Assembly (NCBI GenBank): GCA_034003925.1
Contig: JAVEXR010000001.1
Span: 14,966-59,454, forward strand
Direction: 5' to 3'
DNA from: Candidatus Moraniibacteriota bacterium
Lineage (GTDB): Bacteria; Patescibacteriota; Minisyncoccia; Moranbacterales; UBA9337
DNA: 44,489 bases
Of this stretch, positions 25,130 to 32,745 are shown in pieces (the stretch's first letter is position 1; the number at the start of each line of letters is the position of its first letter). The notes under the pieces were generated by a model. The model worked only from the letters and a program-made list of their open reading frames with translations. It made no database searches and was not told where the DNA came from. The translations under genes were made by a program, and so were the position numbers.

Positions 25130-25714
25130 TTACAAACGAGCCAAAGCCTCCCTTATTCTTACTGCTCCATTCGAGGCAGCGCCAGCGCCAGGGTACCAAT
25201 CTTTGAATCGTTCAAGCAGCTGATCTTCTTCTGTGGTTCTCCCATCTTTCTTGCCTCCGAGTTTCGGATTTAATAATGGGAGCTTCCATCTTTGTGTAAT
25301 TCTTGCCAGGAAATCATCTTCCATGACGAAATAGTTGCATCCGTCATGAGTGCAATACATTTGAAATTGCTCAGGGTGGGCGGCCTCTTTAACAGTCAAC
25401 ACCTTGCTATAAACAAGGGCTTTTGCAATACTGAATTTCCCGCCATTGTGGCTGACCCACTGGAAATATCCACTCAGGCCATTTACTAATAGTTCAAAAG
25501 CCAAGCACTGCATCATGCCCCTGGTTTCTGATTCAGGCATAAAAGCTGCGATGGCAAATCCGGTATTAGAATAAGATGGATGTGGTCGAGATTGCAGATC
25601 TGTAAAAAGAGCTTTTGCGGCGATTATGGCAAGATGATTTTTTTCACTAATTGGCCCTTTCTTGAGTGCTTCAGAAATAATTTGTTCCGCATTTTTTTGC
25701 CAAGATGTATTCAT
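25130..25714 (-). CDS. Orphan protein of unknown function, G+C-richer than its neighbours
   Basis: The ORF track extends to 25753, but the ATG at 25714 (MNTSWQKN...) is preceded by GGAGG (25720-25724) at a 5-nt spacing. G+C is visibly higher than in flanking genes. A strong terminator lies downstream. No confident family assignment. Confidence 0.7.
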   Translation of the reverse strand: MNTSWQKNAEQIISEALKKGPISEKNHLAIIAAKALFTDLQSRPHPSYSNTGFAIAAFMPESETRGMMQCLAFELLVNGLSGYFQWVSHNGGKFSIAKALVYSKVLTVKEAAHPEQFQMYCTHDGCNYFVMEDDFLARITQRWKLPLLNPKLGGKKDGRTTEEDQLLERFKDWYPGAGAASNGAVRIREALARL

Positions 25715-25840
25715 GGTTGCCTCCGCTGTTTGGTTAACGAAATGAACTGTCACCTAAATTATTTTAGGATTTCATAGAATAACAATAAAACTTTCTTTTG
25801 TCCAGAATTTGTATAATTAAGAGTGATGGTGCTTAATGAC

Positions 25841-25868
25841 TGGACAAATTTTTATTTTTGTCTATAAT
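25841..25868 (+). promoter_or_regulatory. Promoter candidate for the tRNA-Gly / tRNA-Ala unit
   Basis: TGGACA (25841-25846), a 16-nt spacer, then TATAAT (25863-25868). It lies about 115 nt upstream of tRNA-Gly. Confidence 0.55.
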
Positions 25869-25913
25869 GGTAAGGTGAGTTTGAAAATTAAATAGTCTAT
25901 GTAATTTCACCAT

Positions 25914-25975
25914 AAGCGGGCCTGCCTCGCCGAAGTGAAATAGTAGTGAAAGCGGGCCTGCCTCGCCGTAGCGAA
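25914..25975 (+). repeat. Direct repeat (2 x 26 nt, 36-nt period) in the tRNA-Gly leader
   Basis: AAGCGGGCCTGCCTCGCCG is exact at 25914-25932 and 25950-25968. Confidence 0.85.
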
Positions 25976-25981
25976 GCGTAG

Positions 25982-26054
25982 GCGGGTGTCGTATAGTGGC
26001 TTATTATATCAGCCTTCCAAGCTGAGGACGAGGGTTCGATTCCCTTCACCCGCT
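25982..26054 (+). tRNA. tRNA-Gly (anticodon UCC)
   Basis: Manual cloverleaf. Acceptor GCGGGTG/CACCCGC. Anticodon arm TCAGC-CTTCCAA-GCTGA. T-arm GAGGG-TTCGATT-CCCTT. Discriminator U. No encoded CCA. Confidence 0.9.
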
Positions 26055-26111
26055 CATAAAAATGAACCCTGAATATAAATTTCAGGTTTTATTTTTTTAA
26101 ATTTAAATCAA

Positions 26112-26184
26112 GGGCCATTAGCTCATCTGGTAGAGTGCTCCCATGGCATGGGAGAGGTGGCCGGTTCGAGTCCGGCATGGTCCA
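26112..26184 (+). tRNA. tRNA-Ala (anticodon GGC)
   Basis: Manual cloverleaf. Acceptor GGGCCAT/ATGGTCC with the G3:U70 alanine identity pair. Anticodon arm CTCCC-ATGGCAT-GGGAG. T-arm GCCGG-TTCGAGT-CCGGC. Discriminator A. No encoded CCA. Confidence 0.9.
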
Positions 26185-26306
26185 CAAAAAATGTTCAAAA
26201 TGTCGTATCTGTTGTAGATGTTGAAAATGTAAAAGATTTTAAAATTTGTAGTAGTTGTTAAAATGTCATAATGTGTATATCATTAAATAAATAAAATAGT
26301 AATCAT

Positions 26307-26849
26307 ATGATAAAAGATAAATTAAAAGACATGAAAACAAATATATTAATAGCAATTTTGTTATTAGTGGGAGGGGTTTTTGTTTATAAATATGTAGATG
26401 AATTTAGTTTTGGCACAGGAGAAGAAAAATTATTATCCGGAACCAATCAGTCAACAACAGGAAAAATAAAGGAAACTTTAAATGGTAAGGAGCGAGTAAA
26501 TAATAATAGTAATAAAAAAAATATGGATCTAAAAATCGAAACAACCCAAGAAGGAACAGGTGATGCAAAAACTAAGGTAGGTGATACAATTTCAGTTCAC
26601 TATATAGGCAAATTAACGGATGGGACAAAGTTTGATTCTAGTGTAGATAGAAATAAGCCTTTTGAATTTACTCTTGGGCAAGGAAAAGTGATTGCCGGTT
26701 GGGATGAAGGATTATTAGATATGAAAGTAGGAGAGAAAAGAATTCTAACTATTCCAGCTGATATGGCTTATGGTTCTCAGGGTGCCGGTGATGTGATTCC
26801 GCCTAATGCCACTTTGATTTTTAATGTAGAGTTGTTGGAGATTAAATAG
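26307..26849 (+). CDS. FKBP-type peptidyl-prolyl cis-trans isomerase, membrane-anchored
   Basis: 180 aa with an N-terminal TM. The FKBP domain is [21 protein letters not shown]...[29 protein letters not shown]...YG......[16 protein letters not shown]. Confidence 0.93.
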   Translation: MIKDKLKDMKTNILIAILLLVGGVFVYKYVDEFSFGTGEEKLLSGTNQSTTGKIKETLNGKERVNNNSNKKNMDLKIETTQEGTGDAKTKVGDTISVHYIGKLTDGTKFDSSVDRNKPFEFTLGQGKVIAGWDEGLLDMKVGEKRILTIPADMAYGSQGAGDVIPPNATLIFNVELLEIK

Positions 26850-26877
26850 GTAATAGTTTATAAGGTTGTAAAGTTTA

Positions 26878-26920
26878 CCCCATTAAATCCACTAAAGCGG
26901 TGCGGAGCAATTTAACGGGG
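26878..26920 (+). repeat. Conserved hairpin motif, copy 1
   Basis: CCCCATTAAAT-(loop with GTGCGGA)-ATTTAACGGGG. Confidence 0.65.
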
Positions 26921-26954
26921 TGAATAATGTTTCTAAAGTGTTAAAAGTCATTTT

Positions 26955-26983
26955 TTGACTAAGGTCAAAAAATATGCTATACT
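26955..26983 (+). promoter_or_regulatory. Near-consensus promoter upstream of gldA
   Basis: TTGACT (26955-26960), a 17-nt spacer ending TGc, then TATACT (26978-26983). Confidence 0.6.
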
Positions 26984-26994
26984 AAATGAGTTGT

Positions 26995-27037
26995 AAAAAA
27001 CGGGTGCGCTATTTTTTAGCCCCGTTTTTTATTTTTT
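26995..27037 (+). terminator. Terminator-like hairpin and T-run located inside the predicted gldA leader
   Basis: AAAAACGGG(T)GC ... GCCCCGTTTTT followed by TTTTATTTTTT. It ends 22 nt before the gldA ATG. Confidence 0.55.
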
Positions 27038-27058
27038 AATAATTAAAACAAAAAGAAA

Positions 27059-28171
27059 ATGATACAAACAAGTATTTTTCCTGGACGATATGTTCAGGGA
27101 GCAGGGGCTCTTTCCAACCTGCCAAAAGAAGTGGAAAAATTTGGAAAAACAGCTTTTGCTGTTTGTGATGAGTTTGCTCTAGGAGCAATTATTCCTAAAT
27201 ATCAAGAGGGGATTGAAAAAGAAATTGAAATTAAATTTGAAAAATTTAATGGAGAATGTTGCGATAAGGAAATCCAAAGAAACATTGCCTTAATTAAGGA
27301 AAACAATAGTGCAGTAGTTGTGGCTATCGGAGGAGGAAAAGCTATCGATACTGCCAAAGCTGCCGCCCATGAGCTAAAATTACCAGTAATTATCGTGCCA
27401 ACTATTGCCTCAACGGACGCTCCTTGTAGCGCACTTTCAGTAATTTACACAGACGAAGGGGTAGTGGATAGATATTTATTTTTGCCTACTAATCCAAATG
27501 TAGTTTTGGTTGATACTGATATCATTGCCAATGCACCGGTAAGATTTTTAGTTTCTGGAATGGGGGATGCTCTAGCTACTTGGCTAGAAGCGAGATCATG
27601 TCAGATAAAATATGCTGATAATTTTGCTGCTGGCAAAGGAACGATGACAGCTTATGCTCTAGCAAAATTATGTTTCGATACTTTGTTTGAGTATGGAGTG
27701 ATTGCCAAAGTTTCCAATGAAAACAAAATAGTTACTCCGGCTTTGGAGAAAGTTATTGAAGCCAACACGCTTTTGAGTGGTCTTGGATTTGAGAGTGGAG
27801 GAATTGCTTCTTGTCACGCTATTCACAATGGTTTGACTATGCTGGAGCCTACTCATGCTTATTTTCATGGGGAAAAAGTTTCTATTGGTGTAGTGGCTTC
27901 ATTGTTCCTAACAGATAAAGATACTGATTTCATTGATGATATTTATGATTTTTGTGAATCTGTGGGTCTTCCTACAACTTTGGAACAAGTAGGACTAAAT
28001 AATCCAAGTGATGAAGATATTATGAAAGTTGCTCAACGAGCTTGCGCTGAAGGTGAAACTATCTACAATGAGCTAGTGCCAATTACGCCAGAAGCAGTTT
28101 TTTCTGCGATTAAAGCAGCTGATGCTTATGGCAGAGATAGAAAAAATAATCATTGCCAATGTGATTGTTGA
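27059..28171 (+). CDS. gldA: Glycerol dehydrogenase (iron-containing alcohol dehydrogenase family)
   Basis: 370 aa, collinear with E. coli GldA as I recall it: GGGKAIDTAKAAAH, PTIASTDAPCSALSVIYTDEG, GMGDALATWLEARSC, VTPALEKVIEANTLLSGLGFESGG, HAIHNG, YFHGEKV, ACAEGETI. Confidence 0.93.
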   Translation: MIQTSIFPGRYVQGAGALSNLPKEVEKFGKTAFAVCDEFALGAIIPKYQEGIEKEIEIKFEKFNGECCDKEIQRNIALIKENNSAVVVAIGGGKAIDTAKAAAHELKLPVIIVPTIASTDAPCSALSVIYTDEGVVDRYLFLPTNPNVVLVDTDIIANAPVRFLVSGMGDALATWLEARSCQIKYADNFAAGKGTMTAYALAKLCFDTLFEYGVIAKVSNENKIVTPALEKVIEANTLLSGLGFESGGIASCHAIHNGLTMLEPTHAYFHGEKVSIGVVASLFLTDKDTDFIDDIYDFCESVGLPTTLEQVGLNNPSDEDIMKVAQRACAEGETIYNELVPITPEAVFSAIKAADAYGRDRKNNHCQCDC

Positions 28172-28267
28172 AGATAAGATATATAAATGTTATAATATAG
28201 TAAAATAAATTGTAACTTAACCTCGATTGAATAATACGACGTATCGTAATTTAATGGGGCAATAAAA

Positions 28268-28573
28268 ATGAAAACAAAGAAAGAATCGAAAAAAGAAGAA
28301 CCCAATAGTGCCTGGAAAGAAATGACTCAAACATTTGTGGCCAATATTTTGACCAAAGTGGGGGATAATATTTCTACCAAAGTTCAAACTTGGTTTAATG
28401 ATATTAAACGCAGAACTTTAGGGGCTATTCTTTCATTGATTGGATTAATTTTTGTTTTAGTTTGCCTTTCTCTTTACATCAATACTTTTGTTAGCGAGGA
28501 AGCGAGTTGGATAGGCTACGGCGCAGTGGGAATGTTAATATTAAGTGTAGGTTATTTTCTTAGCAAAAAGTAA
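28268..28573 (+). CDS. Small two-TM membrane protein (YqjE / holin-X-like topology)
   Basis: 101 aa. A charged N-terminal helix is followed by a TM hairpin (LGAILSLIGLIFVLVCLSLYI / WIGYGAVGMLILSVGYFL). The family call is tentative. Confidence 0.55.
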   Translation: MKTKKESKKEEPNSAWKEMTQTFVANILTKVGDNISTKVQTWFNDIKRRTLGAILSLIGLIFVLVCLSLYINTFVSEEASWIGYGAVGMLILSVGYFLSKK

Positions 28574-28637
28574 TTAATTATTAATTAATTCAAGAAAACA
28601 ATAAAACAAATTTTTGTTCTAGTGTTTGATTGATTAA

Positions 28638-28676
28638 TCCCAGTTAAATAGTGCGGATTACTGCAATTTAACGGGA
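28638..28676 (+). repeat. Conserved hairpin motif, copy 2
   Basis: TCCCAGTTAAAT-(loop with GTGCGGA)-ATTTAACGGGA. It ends 10 nt before ATG 28687. Confidence 0.65.
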
Positions 28677-28686
28677 CAAGAAAAAT

Positions 28687-28971
28687 ATGGATACACAAGA
28701 AGTAAAAAAAGAAGTAAAAAAGGAAGTGAAAAAAGTAAAGAAAGTAGTAAGTGCCAACATCGCCAAAGCTAAAGAAAAGGGAGCTGAGTTGGAGGGAATG
28801 GCCATGAAAGAAATGAAAAAGATTGAAAAAGAGTTGGAATCAACTTCCAAAAAAGTAGGCGCTTTCATCAAGAAGAATCCAGAAAAAGCAGCTGCTATTG
28901 CCGCTGGAATCGGTGTGGCATTAGGAACAGTGGCTGGATTATTTATGGGAGGAGGAAAGAAAAAGAAATAG
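28687..28971 (+). CDS. Small C-tail-anchored Lys/Glu-rich protein (ElaB/YqjD DUF883-like or YtxH-like)
   Basis: 94 aa. It starts with a KKEV tandem, continues as an amphipathic helix, and ends in a Gly/Ala-zipper TM (AAAIAAGIGVALGTVAGLFMGGGKKKK). A terminator follows. Confidence 0.6.
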   Translation: MDTQEVKKEVKKEVKKVKKVVSANIAKAKEKGAELEGMAMKEMKKIEKELESTSKKVGAFIKKNPEKAAAIAAGIGVALGTVAGLFMGGGKKKK

Positions 28972-28986
28972 TATTGTTTAAATAGA

Positions 28987-29017
28987 AAAACCTCGCCTCG
29001 GGCGGGGTTTTTTGTTT
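28987..29017 (+). terminator. Rho-independent terminator after the tail-anchored small protein gene
   Basis: AAAACCTCGCC-TCG-GGCGGGGTTTT followed by a T-run. Confidence 0.85.
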
Positions 29018-29026
29018 GAACAATAA

Positions 29027-29062
29027 ATTATAAAGTTTTTAAAGTTCTTAAGGTTTATAAAG
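29027..29062. repeat. 9-bp tandem array x4 (TTYNTAARG)
   Basis: ATTATAAAG TTTTTAAAG TTCTTAAGG TTTATAAAG. Confidence 0.85.
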
Positions 29063-29195
29063 TGAAGAAAATAAATGAAAAATTTATTATTATTTAGTTA
29101 ATGAATTAAGGCATTAACGAGTTGGAGGCACGGGCCTCAGAAAATGAAACCTGCCACTCGCAACTGGCGGGTTGAAATTTTAGAAAAAATGTGGT
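29027..29195. repeat. Dispersed intergenic repeat, copy 2 (about 170 bp, with extra GC-rich hairpins)
   Basis: Collinear with 16303-16437. It carries additional hairpins GAGGC-ACGG-GCCTC (about 29125-29138) and AACCTGCC...GGCGGGTT (29148-29173). Confidence 0.75.
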
Positions 29196-29216
29196 ATTAT
29201 TTTTTGAAGCTTAGTC

Positions 29217-29222
29217 TAATAT
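29217..29222 (+). promoter_or_regulatory. -10 element (TAATAT) 6 nt upstream of the uvrB ATG
   Basis: The spacing implies transcription starting at or next to the ATG at 29229. No SD is present. Confidence 0.4.
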
Positions 29223-29228
29223 TTTTTT

Positions 29229-31187
29229 ATGAAATTTAAAATAAATTCAAAATTTAAACCGGCCGGTGATCAACCCCAAGCAATCCAAGAGTTGACTAAA
29301 GGCATCAAAGAAGGGAAGAGATTTCAAACACTTTTGGGTGTGACGGGAAGTGGTAAAACTTTTACTGTCGCTAATCTGATTGAAAAAACTCAAAAACCAA
29401 CTTTAGTGATTGCACCCAATAAAACTTTGGCTGCTCAGCTAACTCAAGAATTTCGAGCTTTTTTTCCTAATAACGCGGTGGAATATTTCGTCAGTTATTA
29501 TGATTATTATCAGCCTGAAGCTTATATTAGTTCGACAGATACTTATATTGAAAAAGAAACTCAAATCAATGATGAAATTGATAAATTGAGGCACAGTGCG
29601 ACTGCTTCGGTGTTATCACGCCGAGATGTGATTGTGGTAGCGAGTGTATCTTGTATTTATGGTTTGGGCTCTCCGGCACGTTATGAAGAAATAACTTTGA
29701 CTTTGAAGCAGGGAGATAAGATTACGCGAGAAGAAATTATAAAAGATTTAATCGGGATGTATTATATGCGTAGTGATATTCTCGAACGGGGAAAGTTTCG
29801 CGCCATCGGAGAGACAATTGAAATTGTTTCTCCCGGACGAGAAATAATAACACGTATTGAATTAGTTGATGACAAGGTTAAATCAATTACTGAGAGGGAT
29901 ATGCTCACTCACGATGAGTTGAGCAGTTTGGAAAAGGTGATGATTTTCCCAGCCAAGCATTTTGTGATGCCTGAAGAAATAATGGAAGATATCTTAAGGG
30001 ATATTGAAAGCGAGATGAAAAAAAGAGTGGCTTATTTTCAGAAAAAAGGAAAATTATTAGAAGCTGAGAGAATTCAAAAAAGAACCAAATATGATATTGA
30101 GATGATGCGAGAAGTGGGGTATTGCAGTGGAATTGAAAATTATTCGCGCTATTTGAGTGAGCGAAAGGCTGGTGAATCACCCTATACTTTAATAGATTAT
30201 TTTGATAAAGATTTTCTTTTGGTGATTGATGAATCTCATGTGACTATCCCGCAAATTGGAGGGATGTATTTCGGAGACAGATCCAGAAAAGCTAATTTGG
30301 TAGAAAATGGTTTTCGTTTACCTAGCGCCATGGATAATCGACCTTTGAAGTTTGATGAATTTGAAGACCGCATTAATCAAGCTATTTTGGTGAGCGCCAC
30401 GCCTTCTAAATATGAAAAGGCTAATTCACCGACAATTGTAGAGCAGATTATTCGCCCGACAGGGCTAATTGATCCTGAATTGATAGTGCGAAGCGCTAAG
30501 ACTCAAGTTAGGGATGTATTGGAAGAAATTAAAGCTGTTTCGGCTCGCGGAGAAAGAATTTTGATTACTACTTTGACCAAAAAACAATCTGAGAATCTGG
30601 CGGAGTTTCTGAAAGAAAATCAAATTAAATCCCAGTATCTCCATTCGGACGTAGATACCTTAGACAGAATTAAAACTTTGGAAGATTTGCGTAAAGGAAA
30701 ATTTGATGTGCTGGTGGGAGTTAATCTTTTGCGTGAAGGACTTGATTTGCCAGAAGTTTCTCTGGTAGCGATTTTTGATGCAGACAAGGAAGGCTTTTTA
30801 AGGAGTGAAACTTCCCTTATCCAAACTATCGGTCGAGCAGCTAGAAATGTAAACGGGCGAGTTATTCTTTATGCGGATAACATTACCGGTTCATTGGAAA
30901 GAGCTATCCGAGAAACCGAAAGAAGACGCACTATTCAAGCAGCTTATAATAAAAAGCATCATATTACGCCTAAAACTATCAAGAAAAAGATTGAGTCTAT
31001 CGTAGATCATGAAATTAATCCAGTTTTATCTAGTGAATTTGTAAAATTGGAAACTTTGGAAGACATCAATGGCTACATCAAGCAAAAAGAAAAAGAAATG
31101 AAAGAAGCAGCTAAGAATTTGGAATTCGAGCGAGCGTCAGTTATCAGAGATGAAGTTTACGAATTAAGAAAGTTGCGAGCTAAATAA
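29229..31187 (+). CDS. uvrB: Excinuclease ABC subunit B
   Basis: 652 aa. It has GDQPQAI, Walker A GVTGSGKT, the beta-hairpin YYDYYQPEAY, DESH, helicase motifs and a C-terminal UVR domain (FERASVIRDEVYELR). Confidence 0.97.
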   Translation: MKFKINSKFKPAGDQPQAIQELTKGIKEGKRFQTLLGVTGSGKTFTVANLIEKTQKPTLVIAPNKTLAAQLTQEFRAFFPNNAVEYFVSYYDYYQPEAYISSTDTYIEKETQINDEIDKLRHSATASVLSRRDVIVVASVSCIYGLGSPARYEEITLTLKQGDKITREEIIKDLIGMYYMRSDILERGKFRAIGETIEIVSPGREIITRIELVDDKVKSITERDMLTHDELSSLEKVMIFPAKHFVMPEEIMEDILRDIESEMKKRVAYFQKKGKLLEAERIQKRTKYDIEMMREVGYCSGIENYSRYLSERKAGESPYTLIDYFDKDFLLVIDESHVTIPQIGGMYFGDRSRKANLVENGFRLPSAMDNRPLKFDEFEDRINQAILVSATPSKYEKANSPTIVEQIIRPTGLIDPELIVRSAKTQVRDVLEEIKAVSARGERILITTLTKKQSENLAEFLKENQIKSQYLHSDVDTLDRIKTLEDLRKGKFDVLVGVNLLREGLDLPEVSLVAIFDADKEGFLRSETSLIQTIGRAARNVNGRVILYADNITGSLERAIRETERRRTIQAAYNKKHHITPKTIKKKIESIVDHEINPVLSSEFVKLETLEDINGYIKQKEKEMKEAAKNLEFERASVIRDEVYELRKLRAK

Positions 31188-31442
31188 ACCAATATTATAT
31201 TTGTATGAACGTGGTACGCCACGTTCTTGCTGCCATAGGGTTTTTCATTTATCAAATTTTTCAATGAAGAATTAATCCTCTCCGCAGTCTTTTCTTAAAA
31301 AGGGAAAAGATAATGCTAAATTATATAGTAGTTGTCATTTTTCTGCACGTGCGTTTATTTGGACACTAGTTTTTTCTCATTTATAAGATGAATCATTTTT
31401 GTTTGCTGCTTTGCTAAGAAGCTACAAACTACAACCTAGTCT

Positions 31443-31451
31443 TGTTATAAT
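31443..31451 (+). promoter_or_regulatory. Extended -10 (TGtTATAAT) 6 nt upstream of the GH1 ATG
   Basis: The -10 ends at 31451 and the ATG is at 31458. No SD is present. Confidence 0.55.
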
Positions 31452-31457
31452 GTATAT

Positions 31458-32666
31458 ATGAAAAAATTAGATTCAAAAAAATTTATCTGGGGCGTCAATA
31501 ATATCGGTTACCAAATCGAAGGAAATAACTATACTAGCAATTGGCACAGGTGGGAGAGGCGTGCCTTGGTGCCGGAAAGTGGGCGAGCCAATAATTATTG
31601 GAATGAATTTAAAAATGACAATATATTGGCCCAAGAACTGGGCGTAGGGGCGATGCGAATTTCTTTGGAATGGTCCAGGATTGAGCCACGAGAAGGGGAA
31701 TTTGATGTGAAAGTCATCAATCATTATCGGAAGATACTGAGAGATCTAAAAGAAAGAAAGATTAAAACCGTAGTGGGATTGTGGCATTGGAGTGTGCCAG
31801 CGTGGTTTGAAGAAAGATATGGACTTCATCATCGAGATACATCTGAAATATTTATAAGATATACGCGCTACGTGTTAGATAATTTGGGAGATTTAATTGA
31901 TATTCTTATTGTTCTTAATGAGCCGATGGTTTTAATCGGGATGGGTTACATTAGAGGAGAACATCCGCCTTTTAATAAGAGCTTATGGCGCGCTCTGAGA
32001 GTGGCTAAAAATTTCGCCTTAATCCATAAAAAAGTTTATCGTTTAACCCACAAGTATTTGAAAAATATTTTAGTGGGCAGTGCGCATTTAGCAAATGATT
32101 ATTATCCTGCTTCATCTAAAAAAAGTTTTAATTATTTTTTAGAAAAATTAGCTATTAAATTATCGGAATATTTTCGTTTTGGATATTTGCTAAAGAGAAT
32201 CGAACCCTGTCAAGATTTTATTGGAATTAATTATTATCGCAGAAGTGGTTTAAAATTCAATGGACTTACGGGTGGACTGGCTGGCTTTGAGCAGATGGAT
32301 AACCCTCATGATCCCAATGGTTGGAAAGAGTTTCCAGAGGGAATTTATGAGAGTAGTAAAAAAATTTATCAAGATTATAAAAAACCTATTATAATTTTAG
32401 AAAACGGTAAACCGACTGATTGTATCTTGGATGATTATGGCAGGGTGGAATTTATCCAAAAAACAGTTGACCAATTAGAAAAAATAAAAAAAGATAAGAT
32501 TGATCTGCGAGGATATTTTCATTATTCATTGACGGACGCTTATGAATGGACCGGGGGCTATAACTATTTTTTTGGTTTAGTGCAAATAGATAGGCAGAGT
32601 TTAGTCAGACAGAAAAGACAGAGTTTTTATGCTTACCAAGAAATTATAAAAGAAGATAGACTGTAG
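31458..32666 (+). CDS. Glycoside hydrolase family 1 (beta-glucosidase-like), short form
   Basis: 402 aa. It has FIWGVNNIGYQIEG, the acid/base motif LNEP and the nucleophile motif ILENG. Confidence 0.85.
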   Translation: MKKLDSKKFIWGVNNIGYQIEGNNYTSNWHRWERRALVPESGRANNYWNEFKNDNILAQELGVGAMRISLEWSRIEPREGEFDVKVINHYRKILRDLKERKIKTVVGLWHWSVPAWFEERYGLHHRDTSEIFIRYTRYVLDNLGDLIDILIVLNEPMVLIGMGYIRGEHPPFNKSLWRALRVAKNFALIHKKVYRLTHKYLKNILVGSAHLANDYYPASSKKSFNYFLEKLAIKLSEYFRFGYLLKRIEPCQDFIGINYYRRSGLKFNGLTGGLAGFEQMDNPHDPNGWKEFPEGIYESSKKIYQDYKKPIIILENGKPTDCILDDYGRVEFIQKTVDQLEKIKKDKIDLRGYFHYSLTDAYEWTGGYNYFFGLVQIDRQSLVRQKRQSFYAYQEIIKEDRL

Positions 32667-32745
32667 TCTTATTAATGTTGCGGTTTGTTTTAATGAAAGA
32701 ATCCTTTCACTCACCAACAGGGCTTTTTTTATTTAAAATTAAAAG

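Noticed and set aside
28696-28745. Tandem nucleotide repeat GAAGTAAAAAAA-like (x3-4) at the start of the 94-aa ORF.
   Set aside because: It is in-frame coding low complexity (KKEVKKEVKKEVKKVKKV) within a Lys/Glu-rich protein. It is not an independent regulatory repeat, and unit lengths are multiples of three, so slippage would not shift the frame.
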